Positions 20,129 through 30,954 of a stretch of DNA of 64,000 nucleotides are shown piece by piece; position 1 is the stretch's first letter; each line of letters begins with the position of its first letter. Under the pieces are notes generated by a model, which saw only the letters and a list, made by a program, of their open reading frames with translations, searched no databases and was not told where the DNA came from. Source of the DNA: Pseudomonadota bacterium (lineage in GTDB: Bacteria; Pseudomonadota; Gammaproteobacteria; Burkholderiales; Burkholderiaceae_A); contig JBEDMQ010000102.1 of the NCBI GenBank assembly GCA_041171045.1, forward strand, positions 3,048 through 67,047, written 5' to 3'. The position numbers and the translations under genes were made by a program.

Positions 20129-23100
20129 TCAGGCGACTGCGGCTTCTGCCGACTTCTGAGCAGCCATCTCGCCTAAGGCCCTTCGATACTCATTGGGGAA
20201 GACTTTGACGAACTTGGCCCTGGCGCTAGCCCAGTGATCCAGGAGCTCACGAGCACGAACCGATCCAGTCCACCGATGGTGATCCTCAATCAGCCTGCGC
20301 AGTTGTTGCTCGTCGGTCATTCCCTGATGCCAGATGCCCTGGTCGATCGTGTCGCGCTGTTCTGAGTCGGAGAGCACCTTGTCCAGGCTGACCATGGCCG
20401 TATTGCAACGGTCTGCAAAACGCCCGTCCTCGTCATAGACATAGGCCACGCCACCGGACATACCAGCGGCAAAGTTCCGACCGGTTTGACCAAGAACCAC
20501 GACGGTACCACCAGTCATGTACTCACAACCGTGGTCACCGGTCCCCTCGACCACAGTGGTGGCCCCGGAGAGTCGAACGGCGAAACGCTCACCAGCCACA
20601 CCCCGGAAGAAGGCCTCCCCCGAGGTGGCCCCGTAAAGCACCGTGTTGCCGACGATGATGTTGTCGTGCGCAACACCGCGGAACTCGATGGATGGTCTGA
20701 CCACAATTCGTCCACCAGACATGCCTTTACCGGTGTAATCGTTGGCATCGCCAATCAGGTATAGGGTGATGCCCTTGGCCAGGAAGGCACCAAACGACTG
20801 ACCACCCGTGCCCTCTAGCTGGATGTGGAGGGTGTCGTCTGGCAGACCGTCCGGATGGTGCTTGATCAGTTCACCCGACAACATGGCCCCAACGGTACGG
20901 TTGACGTTGGTGGTGACCTCGATGAACTGGACTTTCTCACCGCGCTCGATGGCGGGACGCGACTTCTCAATGAGCACCCGATCGAGGGCCTTGTCCAGGC
21001 CATGGTCCTGCGTCGCCGAATGACGACGCTGGGCCGGGTCACTGACCTCTGGCTGAGCCAGCAGGCGAGAGAAGTCCAGCCCCTTGGCTTTCCAGTGCTC
21101 GACACCTCTGCGCATGTCGATCAGATCGGAGCGGCCGATCAGGTCTTCGAAATGACGAATACCCAACTGAGCCATGATCTGCCGGGCTTCCTCCGCTATG
21201 AAGAAAAAGAAATTCACCACATGCTCTGGTCGACCCTGGAATTTCTTGCGCAGCACCGGGTCTTGGGTCGCCACACCGACAGGGCAGGTGTTCAGGTGGC
21301 ATTTACGCATCATGATGCAGCCCTCGACGACCAAGGGTGCCGTGGCAAACCCCATCTCATCTGCACCCAGCAAGGCTGCAATCACGACATCGCGGCCGGT
21401 CTTCATCTGACCGTCGGCCTGAACCCGGATGCGATCCCGCAGCCCATTGAGTACAAGGGTCTGCTGGGTCTCGGCCAGGCCGATTTCCCAGGGCGAACCT
21501 GCGTGTTTAATCGAGGACAGGGGTGAGGCACCCGTACCGCCATCGTGGCCGGCAATCACCAAATGATCAGCCTTGGCCTTGGCAACACCCGCTGCCACCG
21601 TTCCGACGCCGACTTCGGATACGAGCTTGACCGAGATGTCCGCATGGGAGGCCACGTTCTTGAGGTCGTGGATCAACTGGGCCAAATCTTCGATGGAGTA
21701 GATGTCATGGTGGGGTGGCGGAGAGATGAGTCCCACACCGGGCACCGAATGACGAAGCTCGCCGATGTACTCGGACACCTTACCGCCAGGCAGCTGCCCA
21801 CCCTCTCCGGGCTTGGCACCCTGTGCCATTTTGATCTGAACCTGATCGGCGGAGACCAAATACTCAGTGGTCACACCAAAGCGTCCAGAGGCCACTTGCT
21901 TGATTTTGGATCGCAGGCTGTCGCCCTGCTCCAGGCTGTAGTCGGACTCGATCTGTTTGCTGCCGATGACATCAGATAGTTTGGTCCCGGCCGTGATCTG
22001 AATGCCCTTGAGCTCATTGCGATACCGACGCTTGTCCTCACCGCCCTCGCCAGTATTGGACTTGCCACCGATTCGGTTCATCGCCACAGCAAGTGTGGCG
22101 TGAGCCTCAGTCGAGATAGAGCCCAGTGACATCGCACCAGTGGCAAATCTCTTAACGATCTCAGCCGCTGGCTCCACCTCGTCGAGGGGAATGGCCTTGG
22201 CAGGATCCACCTTGAACTCAAATAGGCCACGCAGCGTCATGTGCCGACGGCTCTGGTCGTTGATGATCTGAGCGTAATCCTTGTAGGTGTTGTAGCTGTT
22301 GGCGCGCGTAGAGTGCTGCAGCTTGGCAATGGCATCCGGGGTCCACATGTGTTCCTCGCCGCGGACACGCCAAGCATATTCACCGCCCGTTTCGAGGCGG
22401 TTGCTCAGGACTGGGTCGTCACCAAAGGCTTCGGTGTGAGTCCGAATGGCCTCCTCTGCCATTTCGAAGATACCAATCCCCTCGACAGCGCTCGGGGTGT
22501 TGGTGAAATACTGGTCGATGGTGGCCTGATTGATACCAATGGCCTCAAAGATCTGGGCGCCACAGTAGGACATGTAGGTGGAGATGCCCATCTTCGACAT
22601 GATCTTAGAGAGGCCCTTTCCGATGGCCTTGATGTAATTGGCCACCGCCTTCTCGGGGCTGAGATCGCCAGAAAGCGTCTTGTGAAAGTCCACAATGCTC
22701 TCCATGGCCAGGTAAGGATGAACCGCCTCAGCGCCATAACCGGCCAATACCGCGAAGTGATGAACCTCTCTGGCCGAGCCAGTTTCAACCACCAGGCCAG
22801 CCAGTGTGCGTTTGCCCTCTCGGACCAGGTGCTGATGAATCGCCGAGAGCGCCAGCAGGGCCGGAATGGCCACGCGGTCAGGGCTTACGGCCTTGTCGCT
22901 GATGATCAGAATGTTGGCGCCGGCGGCAATCGCATCAACTGCCTCAGCACAGACCGTCGCCAGCCGGGCCTCGATGCCTTCTTTGCCCCAGGCCAGGGGG
23001 TAGGTGATGTCAAGCACCTGGCTTCTGAATTTGCCACGGGTGTGCTGCTCAATGTCTCGAAGCCGTCGCATGTCCGCAAAATTCAGAATGGGCTGGCTGA

Positions 23101-24829
23101 CCTCGAGTCGCAGGGGTGGGTTGACCTGATTGATATCCAACAGGTTCGGTTTGGGCCCAATGAAGGAATTCAGCGACATGACGATGGCCTCACGGATGGG
23201 GTCGATCGGCGGATTCGTCACCTGGGCAAACAACTGCTTGAAGTAATGGTAGAGCGGCTTGTTCTTGTCGGACAGCACGGCCAGGGGAGAGTCGTTGCCC
23301 ATCGAACCAATGCCCTCTTCACCGGCCTGGGCCATTGGTGCCATCAAAAATTTTATGTCCTCTTGGGTGTAGCCAAACGCCTGCTGCCGGTCTAACAATG
23401 CCAGGGGACTGGGCTCTGGTGAGTTCTCACCCTGGGCATTTAGGCTTGCCAACTCCACACGGACGTTCTCGATCCACTGCTGGTAAGGACGAGACTTGGA
23501 CAGGGCACTCTTGAGCTCGTCATCATGAATCATGCGGCCCTGCTCAAGGTCGATCAGGAACATCTTGCCCGGCTGAAGACGCCATTTGCGAACAATCTTG
23601 CTCTCCGGGACTGGCAGCACGCCTGACTCGGAGGCCATAATCACCACATCATCCTCAGTGATGCAGTAGCGAGACGGACGCAGTCCATTGCGATCCAGCG
23701 TAGCGCCGATCTGACGGCCATCGGTGAAGACAATAGAGGCGGGGCCGTCCCAGGGCTCCATCATGGAGGCGTGGTATTCGTAGAAGGCTTTTCGGCTTTC
23801 CTCCATGGTGGTGTGCTGTTCCCATGGCTCAGGAATCATCATCATCACGGCATGGGCCAATGGATAGCCAGCGGCTACGAGCAGCTCCAGGCAATTGTCA
23901 AAGGTCGCCGTGTCGGACTGCCCAGCAAAGCTGATGGGATATAGCTTTTGGAGGTCTGCGCCCAGGACGGGGCTGTTCATCACGCCTTCACGGGCGCGCA
24001 TCCAGTTGTAGTTGCCCTTGACGGTGTTGATCTCACCATTGTGGGCGACCATTCGGTAGGGGTGGGCGAGAGGCCACTCGGGAAAGGTGTTGGTCGAAAA
24101 CCGCTGGTGGACCAGAGCCAAGGCGGATACACAGCGTGGGTCAGAGAGGTCCTTGAAGTAGACCCCCACCTGGTCGGCCAGCAACAGGCCCTTGTAGACA
24201 ATCGTGCGACTGGACATGGAGGGCACGTAATACTCTTTGCCGTGTTTGAGTCCCAAGGACTGAATCGCGCTGGAGGCGGTCTTGCGGATGACATAGAGCT
24301 TGCGTTCGAGGGCGTCTTGCACCACGACGTCGTTGCCCCGGCCAATGAAGATCTGACGCATCACGGGCTCTTTGGCCCGAACTCGAGGTGACATCGGCAT
24401 CTGGGCGTCGGTCGGCACGTCCCGCCAGCCCAAGACCACCTGTCCCTCAGCCACCACAGCCTTCTCAAGGGCGCGCTCGCAGGCCAGGCGGCTGGCGTGT
24501 TCCTTGGGCAGAAAGACCATGCCCACACCATATTCGCCGGGGGGCGGCAGAGCGACGCCCTGACGACTCATTTCCTCGCGAAAGAAGGCGTCGGGAATCT
24601 GCAACAGAATGCCAGCGCCGTCTCCCATCAGCGGATCCGCTCCAACAGCACCCCGGTGATCGAGGTTTTTCAGGATCTGCAGGCCCTGCTGGACCATGTC
24701 GTGGGACTTGCGACCGCGCATGTGGGCCACGAAGCCAACTCCGCACGCATCGTGCTCGTGGGCCGGATCGTAGAGGCCGAAGGCTTGCTGGCTGACGTTT
24801 TGCTCGGTAAAAGAAGGCGTTTGGGCCAT
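20129..24829 (-). CDS. gltB: Glutamate synthase large subunit
   Basis: EHDA|CGVGF (Cys1), [40 protein letters not shown]; start uncertain (24829 preferred, ORF open to 24871). Confidence 0.97.
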   Translation of the reverse strand: MAQTPSFTEQNVSQQAFGLYDPAHEHDACGVGFVAHMRGRKSHDMVQQGLQILKNLDHRGAVGADPLMGDGAGILLQIPDAFFREEMSRQGVALPPPGEYGVGMVFLPKEHASRLACERALEKAVVAEGQVVLGWRDVPTDAQMPMSPRVRAKEPVMRQIFIGRGNDVVVQDALERKLYVIRKTASSAIQSLGLKHGKEYYVPSMSSRTIVYKGLLLADQVGVYFKDLSDPRCVSALALVHQRFSTNTFPEWPLAHPYRMVAHNGEINTVKGNYNWMRAREGVMNSPVLGADLQKLYPISFAGQSDTATFDNCLELLVAAGYPLAHAVMMMIPEPWEQHTTMEESRKAFYEYHASMMEPWDGPASIVFTDGRQIGATLDRNGLRPSRYCITEDDVVIMASESGVLPVPESKIVRKWRLQPGKMFLIDLEQGRMIHDDELKSALSKSRPYQQWIENVRVELASLNAQGENSPEPSPLALLDRQQAFGYTQEDIKFLMAPMAQAGEEGIGSMGNDSPLAVLSDKNKPLYHYFKQLFAQVTNPPIDPIREAIVMSLNSFIGPKPNLLDINQVNPPLRLEVSQPILNFADMRRLRDIEQHTRGKFRSQVLDITYPLAWGKEGIEARLATVCAEAVDAIAAGANILIISDKAVSPDRVAIPALLALSAIHQHLVREGKRTLAGLVVETGSAREVHHFAVLAGYGAEAVHPYLAMESIVDFHKTLSGDLSPEKAVANYIKAIGKGLSKIMSKMGISTYMSYCGAQIFEAIGINQATIDQYFTNTPSAVEGIGIFEMAEEAIRTHTEAFGDDPVLSNRLETGGEYAWRVRGEEHMWTPDAIAKLQHSTRANSYNTYKDYAQIINDQSRRHMTLRGLFEFKVDPAKAIPLDEVEPAAEIVKRFATGAMSLGSISTEAHATLAVAMNRIGGKSNTGEGGEDKRRYRNELKGIQITAGTKLSDVIGSKQIESDYSLEQGDSLRSKIKQVASGRFGVTTEYLVSADQVQIKMAQGAKPGEGGQLPGGKVSEYIGELRHSVPGVGLISPPPHHDIYSIEDLAQLIHDLKNVASHADISVKLVSEVGVGTVAAGVAKAKADHLVIAGHDGGTGASPLSSIKHAGSPWEIGLAETQQTLVLNGLRDRIRVQADGQMKTGRDVVIAALLGADEMGFATAPLVVEGCIMMRKCHLNTCPVGVATQDPVLRKKFQGRPEHVVNFFFFIAEEARQIMAQLGIRHFEDLIGRSDLIDMRRGVEHWKAKGLDFSRLLAQPEVSDPAQRRHSATQDHGLDKALDRVLIEKSRPAIERGEKVQFIEVTTNVNRTVGAMLSGELIKHHPDGLPDDTLHIQLEGTGGQSFGAFLAKGITLYLIGDANDYTGKGMSGGRIVVRPSIEFRGVAHDNIIVGNTVLYGATSGEAFFRGVAGERFAVRLSGATTVVEGTGDHGCEYMTGGTVVVLGQTGRNFAAGMSGGVAYVYDEDGRFADRCNTAMVSLDKVLSDSEQRDTIDQGIWHQGMTDEQQLRRLIEDHHRWTGSVRARELLDHWASARAKFVKVFPNEYRRALGEMAAQKSAEAAVA

Positions 24830-24859
24830 GACTCTGCTGCTCTCGTTTACAAAAAGGGC

Positions 24860-25010
24860 GTTCATTGTCACTCAAACGATTTTTTTTGGGTGAACAGAAA
24901 TCTCTTCAAACCCCCTTAAAATCGAGTTTTTTAATGGGGTCAGATCATTTTATTCACCCCAGCAAGATTTTTGATGTTTTTATTGGTGACATAACAAACA
25001 CAGGGGAAGG
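24860..25010 (-). promoter_or_regulatory. AT-rich gltBD upstream/promoter region
   Basis: Markedly AT-rich with several A/T tracts; GACAAT -10-like hexamer near 24864-24869; GGGGTCAG (24936-24943) and GGTGACAT (24985-24992) motifs. Confidence 0.6.
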
Positions 25011-25018
25011 GCCCCGCC

Positions 25019-25744
25019 CTAGCCAACCGAATCGGACGAGGCCTCGCTGGCCTGAGGCGTTTTGGGTGGCCGGCCTCTTGGACGAAGCGTCCATTGCTGG
25101 ACAAACCCAGGCGGGCATGCTGACCACCCCTGGGCAGACAGCATGGGGCGGCCCTGGGCCAAGCCCCGGTGAATGTTCGCCAACACCCCCTCCTCGAGAG
25201 GCTCCTGCAGCACTCGGCGGTAAGCCTGTTCTCGGTCAAACGGCGTATTCCCCAGGCGCCAGTAACTGGCCAGTTCACGCACCGGACTGCCGACTGGGGG
25301 GCGCTGTCCAGCCCAGACCCCGGCACTCGACCAAGGCCAATCAACGGCCAATCCCACCAGGCCCTGGCGCTGCGCTTGACCGTCAATGTAGCGAGCCACC
25401 GACAAGCCAAAGACATCGGCCTCGACCCAATAACTCCGATACCGGCCGTCAAACGGGGTCCCACTTCGAGACCATCGACGATTGAACATCGGTACGTAGC
25501 GACGCCCCAATTGCTGCATGACCTCCGCCACCGCGGAGGCCCGTTGGGGCGTGACCAGCCAATGCCCTTCCCGGTCGGTACAAGACCAGGCATGGACCAG
25601 CAACCCACAGCCCTGAGCAGCCTCTAGAAAAAAGTCCAGGTAAAGCTGCCGGTCTTGGGCATCCAGGCAGAAGGCGTGTCCACCATGCCCTCGCTGCATC
25701 AGGTGATAGCTGCGGCCCGTGGCAATGGCCCTCGCTCTCCTCAT
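25019..25744 (-). CDS. RAYT / Y1 (IS200-like HUH) transposase-derived protein with degenerate catalytic motif
   Basis: YHLMQRGH (cf. HvxqRGnn), HAWSCTDREGHWLVTP (cf. aYcLMxNHvHLl), YVPMFNRRWSRSGTPFDGRYRS (cf. FNxrhxRsGxLwegRf), RYIDG, DWPWSSA, YWRLGNTPFDREQAY, C-terminal PRGRP. Confidence 0.8.
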   Translation of the reverse strand: MRRARAIATGRSYHLMQRGHGGHAFCLDAQDRQLYLDFFLEAAQGCGLLVHAWSCTDREGHWLVTPQRASAVAEVMQQLGRRYVPMFNRRWSRSGTPFDGRYRSYWVEADVFGLSVARYIDGQAQRQGLVGLAVDWPWSSAGVWAGQRPPVGSPVRELASYWRLGNTPFDREQAYRRVLQEPLEEGVLANIHRGLAQGRPMLSAQGWSACPPGFVQQWTLRPRGRPPKTPQASEASSDSVG

Positions 25745-25766
25745 AGGCCTATCTGCCCATCTCGCC

Positions 25767-26927
25767 CTAAAGCCCGATCGGAGACGGCCAACAGGCCCTG
25801 CCGGGAAAGACTCTGGCATGGGTCAGGGCGGCATATCGATCGGTCATACCTGCAATCTCGTCCGCAGCGCGGCGATGGGGAGACCTGTCATCCGAAGCAT
25901 CAAACGGTTGCTCCAGCAACCAGCCGAATAAATCATGGATCACTCGCTCGGCCACATTCGTCATGTCCACCACGCGAGGATGGCGATAGAGCCGCTGCCG
26001 AAGAAACCGCTTGAGGTCCAAGACCTGTCGGCCCAACTCGAGAGAAAAACCAACCAGGGGCAGGGCTTGACGCCGGACATCCTGGTCGTCAGCGATGCCC
26101 TGGCTGAGCAGTTGCTGCCGGGTGGTCTGCGTCAGGTCATCCACCTGTTCGTTGATCATGCCGCGAATCACCTCAGCCATCAGACGGTGACGAGCCAATT
26201 GCGGGTGCGCTTGCTGCAATCGCCGCACATGAGGGGCCACCAGAGGCTGCTCAATGACCTCTTCAAACACCAGCAGCCCGGACCGAAGGCCATCATCCAA
26301 GTCGTGGTGGTTGTAGGCTAGCTCGTCAGCCAAATTGGCCAGCTGAGCCTCTAGGCTCGGAGACTCGCGTTTGACAAACCGGTGTGCGACCTCGCCCAAC
26401 TCCTGAGCCAGAGAATCTGCGCAGTGCTTCAGGATGCCCTCTCGGGTCTCAAATGTCAGGTTAAGGCCATCGAAAGCTGCGTAACGCTGCTCCAATTTAT
26501 CCACCACCCGCAAGCTTTGCAGGTTGTGCTCAAAACCTTTTTGACCCGCGGTGGCATCTCGTAGCGCCTGATTGAGGGCATGCTGGCCAGCGTGGCCGAA
26601 AGGCGTGTGCCCAAGATCGTGCGCCAGGCAGATGGCCTCGGTCAGCTCTTCATCTAGCTGAAGGCGTCGTGCAACAGATCGGGCGATCTGCGCCACCTCT
26701 AGACTGTGCGTCAGGCGCGTTCGAAAGAGGTCACCCTCATGGTTTACAAAGACCTGCGTCTTGTAGAGCAGTTTTCTAAAAGCGGTTGAATGAACAATGC
26801 GGTCTCGATCCCGCTGGAAAGCGGATCGACCCATCGGCTCTGATTCGGGGTGAAGACGGCCCCTGCTGCGATGGGCCTGGGCCGCAAACGGGGCCACCAG
26901 CGGACCGGTCTGCGCAGACCCGCTCAC
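25767..26927 (-). CDS. dgt: Deoxyguanosinetriphosphate triphosphohydrolase
   Basis: FQRDRDRIVHS, RTRLTHSLEV, AHDLGHTPFGH, AGMTDRYA. Confidence 0.95.
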   Translation of the reverse strand: MSGSAQTGPLVAPFAAQAHRSRGRLHPESEPMGRSAFQRDRDRIVHSTAFRKLLYKTQVFVNHEGDLFRTRLTHSLEVAQIARSVARRLQLDEELTEAICLAHDLGHTPFGHAGQHALNQALRDATAGQKGFEHNLQSLRVVDKLEQRYAAFDGLNLTFETREGILKHCADSLAQELGEVAHRFVKRESPSLEAQLANLADELAYNHHDLDDGLRSGLLVFEEVIEQPLVAPHVRRLQQAHPQLARHRLMAEVIRGMINEQVDDLTQTTRQQLLSQGIADDQDVRRQALPLVGFSLELGRQVLDLKRFLRQRLYRHPRVVDMTNVAERVIHDLFGWLLEQPFDASDDRSPHRRAADEIAGMTDRYAALTHARVFPGRACWPSPIGL

Positions 26928-28102
26928 GCAGATGCCAGCCCTTTTTTTGATGCCTCAATGGCCGTGCGAACCAAGGCATCATCCACCGCCTTGAGTTCGG
27001 ACTGACCAAGCCCTTTGAGCAGGATGTACCGAATGGCACCGCCAGAAGATTTTTTGTCATGGGCCATCCAGTCCAGGTAATCCTGCGCTGGCCAACCAGG
27101 AGGCGTGAGCGGCAAACCAGCTTGATGGATGAGGTTAATCACTCGCTTGAACGATGGGGTATCGAGTTGACCCAGCTGAGATGACAGCAATGCTGCCATG
27201 GCCATACCGCAGCCCACCGCCTCACCATGAAGCCAGCTGCCGTAGCCCATACCAGCCTCGATGGCATGTCCAAAGGTGTGGCCAAAATTAAGCAGAGCCC
27301 TCTGGCCAGAGGATTCCCGTTCATCAGCGGATACGACCCCCGCCTTGAGCTGGCAAGACCGCTCAATGGCATAGGCCAGAGCAGCAGAATCCTTCGCAAC
27401 CAGAGCGGACATGTTGGCCTCTAGCCAGCTAAAAAAGTCGGCATCCAAAATACAGCCGTATTTAATGATCTCCGCAAGCCCAGCGGAGACCTCTCTCGCA
27501 GGAAGCGTTCTCAGAACCAACATATCAATGATGACGGCCCTGGGTTGATAAAAAGCGCCAATCATGTTCTTGCCCAAGGGGTGGTTAATGGCCGTCTTGC
27601 CGCCCACCGAGGAGTCGACCTGAGAGAGCAGGGTGGTGGGGACCTGAACAAAATCAATACCACGCTGGTAACAGGCCGCTGCAAAGCCGGCCATGTCCCC
27701 AATCACACCGCCCCCCAAGGCGACGACCGTGGCCGATCGATCCACGTGCTCTGCCATGAGGTGATCAAAAATCTTCATGAGACTGGTCATGTCTTTATGG
27801 GACTCGCCATCGGGCAACACCACCTGCGAAGTCTGGCAGCCCAAATCCGTCAGAGCCGCCAGGACCTGATGACCATACAGCGGCATGACCACCTCATTGG
27901 AGACCACCACCACACGACCGGGCCGGCCCGACCGGCCGGGCCCAAGGGCCTGACGCCAGACTTTGGCTTGATCGAGCAGACCCTCGCCGATCCAAATTGG
28001 ATAACTGCGGTCAGCCAAGCCGACCTGGACCGTCGCACGTACGCCATGCGGTCCGGATTCTGCGGCGGTCTTATCGAGAGGGCGCGGTGAGATCTGATTC
28101 AT
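26924..28102 (-). CDS. aroB: 3-dehydroquinate synthase
   Basis: LGGGVIGDMAGF, PTTLLSQVDSSVGGKT, LNFGHTFGHAIE, LHGEAV; start at MNQI (28102). Confidence 0.96.
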   Translation of the reverse strand: MNQISPRPLDKTAAESGPHGVRATVQVGLADRSYPIWIGEGLLDQAKVWRQALGPGRSGRPGRVVVVSNEVVMPLYGHQVLAALTDLGCQTSQVVLPDGESHKDMTSLMKIFDHLMAEHVDRSATVVALGGGVIGDMAGFAAACYQRGIDFVQVPTTLLSQVDSSVGGKTAINHPLGKNMIGAFYQPRAVIIDMLVLRTLPAREVSAGLAEIIKYGCILDADFFSWLEANMSALVAKDSAALAYAIERSCQLKAGVVSADERESSGQRALLNFGHTFGHAIEAGMGYGSWLHGEAVGCGMAMAALLSSQLGQLDTPSFKRVINLIHQAGLPLTPPGWPAQDYLDWMAHDKKSSGGAIRYILLKGLGQSELKAVDDALVRTAIEASKKGLASA

Positions 28103-28658
28103 GCTGGGAGTCTTCGAATGTATGAGAAATAAGGCCATCGGCCAGCAGATGGCCGATGACCTGACTGACCACCTGGCTAGGCGACCCTTGGCTACTGGGG
28201 ACCACCACCGAGGCCAAGTCACGATAAACCGGGTCTCTCGATTGGTAAAGCGCCTCTAGGGTCGCCTTGGGGTCTTGAGACTGGGTGAGCAGTGGCCGAC
28301 TGGTGTCCTGCCGCAGCCGCTGCCAGAGTTGTCTGGGTAATGCGTGGAGGTAAACCACGTAGCCCTGGGCGATCACTGGCCGATTGTCCGGCTGTATCGG
28401 AGCGCCTCCGCCAGTCGTCACAATCTGGCCCGGTTGGGCCATGATCTCAGCGAGTACCTTGGACTCCCTCCGACGAAAGCCCGCCTCACCCTCCACCTCA
28501 AAAATGGTCGCCACGGACGTCCCGCAACGGGACTCGATGACCTGGTCGGTGTCGACCAGAGGCCATTGAATTCGCTGTGCCAGCCGCCGACCAATCGTGG
28601 TCTTGCCGGCGCCCATCAGGCCGATCAGGACGATATTTCTTTTTGGCTGGCCATTCAT
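28071..28658 (-). CDS. aroK: Shikimate kinase
   Basis: GLMGAGKTTIG, EGEAGFRRRE, TTGGG, RPLL. Confidence 0.95.
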   Translation of the reverse strand: MNGQPKRNIVLIGLMGAGKTTIGRRLAQRIQWPLVDTDQVIESRCGTSVATIFEVEGEAGFRRRESKVLAEIMAQPGQIVTTGGGAPIQPDNRPVIAQGYVVYLHALPRQLWQRLRQDTSRPLLTQSQDPKATLEALYQSRDPVYRDLASVVVPSSQGSPSQVVSQVIGHLLADGLISHTFEDSQHESDLTAPSR

Positions 28659-28693
28659 CGAAATCAGTCTAGCAGGCGATACACTTGGTTGTT

Positions 28694-30931
28694 ATGCGCC
28701 TTTTGATTCGTTTCATGCTCCTGGGGCTGTGGTCCTTTCTAGGCCTGGTCGGCATCAGCCTGCTGGTTATTGCCCTGGCCACGCCAAGGCTCCCAGAGGT
28801 CACTGCCTTGGCCGACTACCGGCCGAAAGTACCCCTTCGGGTCCTGACGGCCGATGGGGTCCTGATTGGGGAGTTTGGCGAGGAACGGCGAAGCGTCGTC
28901 CGAATCTCTGAGGTGCCCAAATCCCTCATTCACGCCATTCTGGCCGCCGAGGACGACCAGTTTTACCAACATGCCGGGATCGACCCCGCCGGCATTCTGC
29001 GGTCTGTCTTCGCCAACCTCTTGGCTGGCAGCAAAGCCCAAGGCGCGAGCACCATCACGATGCAGGTGGCTCGCAACTTTTACCTGTCGACCGAGAAAAC
29101 TTTTACCCGAAAAATCTACGAAGTGCTGCTCGCCTTTGAGATTGAGCGCAAGCTCACCAAGGACCAGATCCTTGAGCTCTACATCAATCAGATTTACCTG
29201 GGACGCAGAGCCTATGGGTTCGCATCCGCTGCACAGATCTACTTCGGAAAACCCATTGGTCGCCTAAGTATCGCGGAGTCTGCCATGTTGGCGGGTCTGC
29301 CCAAAGCCCCCTCCAGCTACAACCCTGTGGCCAACCCACGAAGGGCCCAGGCCAGGCAGCAATACATCCTGGGTCGAATGCAAAAGCTCAGGCTGATCAG
29401 CAATGCCCAGTTCAACCAGGCCAGCCGAGAGGAATTGAAAGTGGTGAGCCGAGGCGAGGACTATGCCGTATCAGCGCCCTACCTGGCTGAAATGGTTCGC
29501 CAACAAATCGTTGCCCAGTTTCCAGACGACGCCTACAGCCGAGGACTCACTGTATTCACCACCATTCGGGCCAATGAGCAGAAAGCGGCCCAGAATGCGA
29601 TGCGCTCAGGGCTGATTGAATTTGACCGGCGTCAAGGCTGGCGGGGTCCGGAGGCCTTTGTCACGCTGCCCAAGAACGGTCCGGAGCTAGAAGACCTGGT
29701 GGAGGACACGCTGGCAGATAGGCCCGATAGCGATGGTCTGCTCACCGCGGTCGTCATCGAGGTGAAAGAGGGATCGGTGCGGGTCATGCGGGCTCAAGGC
29801 AAAACCTTTGACATTCAGGGTGATGGCTTGAAATTCGCCTCCAAAGGACTCTCGGCCAGCGCCCTGCCCGCCCTGAAAATTCGACCCGGTGCCGTTGTTC
29901 GGATCCAACGACTCGATGCAGAGCGCTGGGAAATCAGCCAGATCCCAGAGGTCGAGGGGGCATTCGTCGCCATTCAGACTGACACGGGCGCCCTGCGGGC
30001 CCTCGTCGGCGGCTTTGATTTTCGGCAGAACAAGTTCAATCACGTCACGCAGGCTTACCGTCAGCCTGGTTCGACCATTAAGCCCTTTGTCTACTCAGCA
30101 GCATTGGAAAAAGGGTTCTCTGCGAGCAGCATCGTTAACGATGCGCCTGTGAACTTTGACCCCGGACAGACCGGCGGACAGGTGTGGGACCCGAAGAACT
30201 ACGACGGCACCTACGAGGGGCCGATCACCCTTCGTGACGCCCTGGCCAAGTCCAAAAACATGGTCTCGATTCGATTGCTGCATGCGGTTGGGCCCAAGTA
30301 CGCCCAAAACTACCTCTCACGCTTCGGTTTCGAAGCGCAGCGGAATCCGCCCTACCTCACGCTGGCCCTGGGGGCGGGTAGCGTCACTCCACTTCAAATG
30401 GCCACTGCCTACGCGGCCTTTGCCAACGGTGGCTTTCGCGTCACGCCCTATTTTATTGACCGTGTGGTCGACGAGCGCGGCGCGCTCGTCAGTCGCACCG
30501 AACCCGCCAAGGCCGGTGATGAGGCCCCCCGGGTGCTGGATGAGCGCTACGCGTACCTGATGCACAACCTTCTGCAGGGTGTGGTGAAAAACGGGACTGG
30601 ACGCAAAGCGCTACAACTGGGGCGAACAGACCTCGCCGGCAAAACTGGTACCACCAACGATGCTCAGGATGCCTGGTTCGCAGGCTATCAGCCCAAATTG
30701 GCTGGGGTAGCCTGGGTGGGCTACGACCAGCCTCGAACACTGGGTGAACGGGAGACTGGTGGGGGTCTTGCCTTGCCCATCTGGATGTCTTTTATGGCAG
30801 AGGCCCTGAAGAAAATACCGCAACAAACGGTCAACCCGCCTGCGGGGATGCTCAAGATCGGAAATGAATATTACGTTCCCGATAATGCCCCGGGTGTCGG
30901 GGTCCCATCCCTTGGTGTCAACAATCCCTGA
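28694..30931 (+). CDS. mrcA: Penicillin-binding protein 1A
   Basis: N-terminal TM, AEDDQFYQH, GASTITMQVARN (transglycosylase), QPGSTIK, SKN, KTG (transpeptidase). Confidence 0.96.
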   Translation: MRLLIRFMLLGLWSFLGLVGISLLVIALATPRLPEVTALADYRPKVPLRVLTADGVLIGEFGEERRSVVRISEVPKSLIHAILAAEDDQFYQHAGIDPAGILRSVFANLLAGSKAQGASTITMQVARNFYLSTEKTFTRKIYEVLLAFEIERKLTKDQILELYINQIYLGRRAYGFASAAQIYFGKPIGRLSIAESAMLAGLPKAPSSYNPVANPRRAQARQQYILGRMQKLRLISNAQFNQASREELKVVSRGEDYAVSAPYLAEMVRQQIVAQFPDDAYSRGLTVFTTIRANEQKAAQNAMRSGLIEFDRRQGWRGPEAFVTLPKNGPELEDLVEDTLADRPDSDGLLTAVVIEVKEGSVRVMRAQGKTFDIQGDGLKFASKGLSASALPALKIRPGAVVRIQRLDAERWEISQIPEVEGAFVAIQTDTGALRALVGGFDFRQNKFNHVTQAYRQPGSTIKPFVYSAALEKGFSASSIVNDAPVNFDPGQTGGQVWDPKNYDGTYEGPITLRDALAKSKNMVSIRLLHAVGPKYAQNYLSRFGFEAQRNPPYLTLALGAGSVTPLQMATAYAAFANGGFRVTPYFIDRVVDERGALVSRTEPAKAGDEAPRVLDERYAYLMHNLLQGVVKNGTGRKALQLGRTDLAGKTGTTNDAQDAWFAGYQPKLAGVAWVGYDQPRTLGERETGGGLALPIWMSFMAEALKKIPQQTVNPPAGMLKIGNEYYVPDNAPGVGVPSLGVNNP

Positions 30932-30954
30932 AGCCCCGCGGCGATCGGGTCCTT

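Noticed and set aside
24865-25608. Alternative ORFs 24865-25485 (+) and 24940-25608 (-)
   Set aside because: They overlap the RAYT-like frame, which alone shows family motifs; their composition is Pro/Arg/Trp-rich shadow-frame type.
25019-25744. Active IS200/IS605 element or RAYT-REP system
   Set aside because: HUH motif degenerate, no tnpB, no subterminal or GTAG-type REP hairpins seen beside the gene; reported as a domesticated candidate instead.
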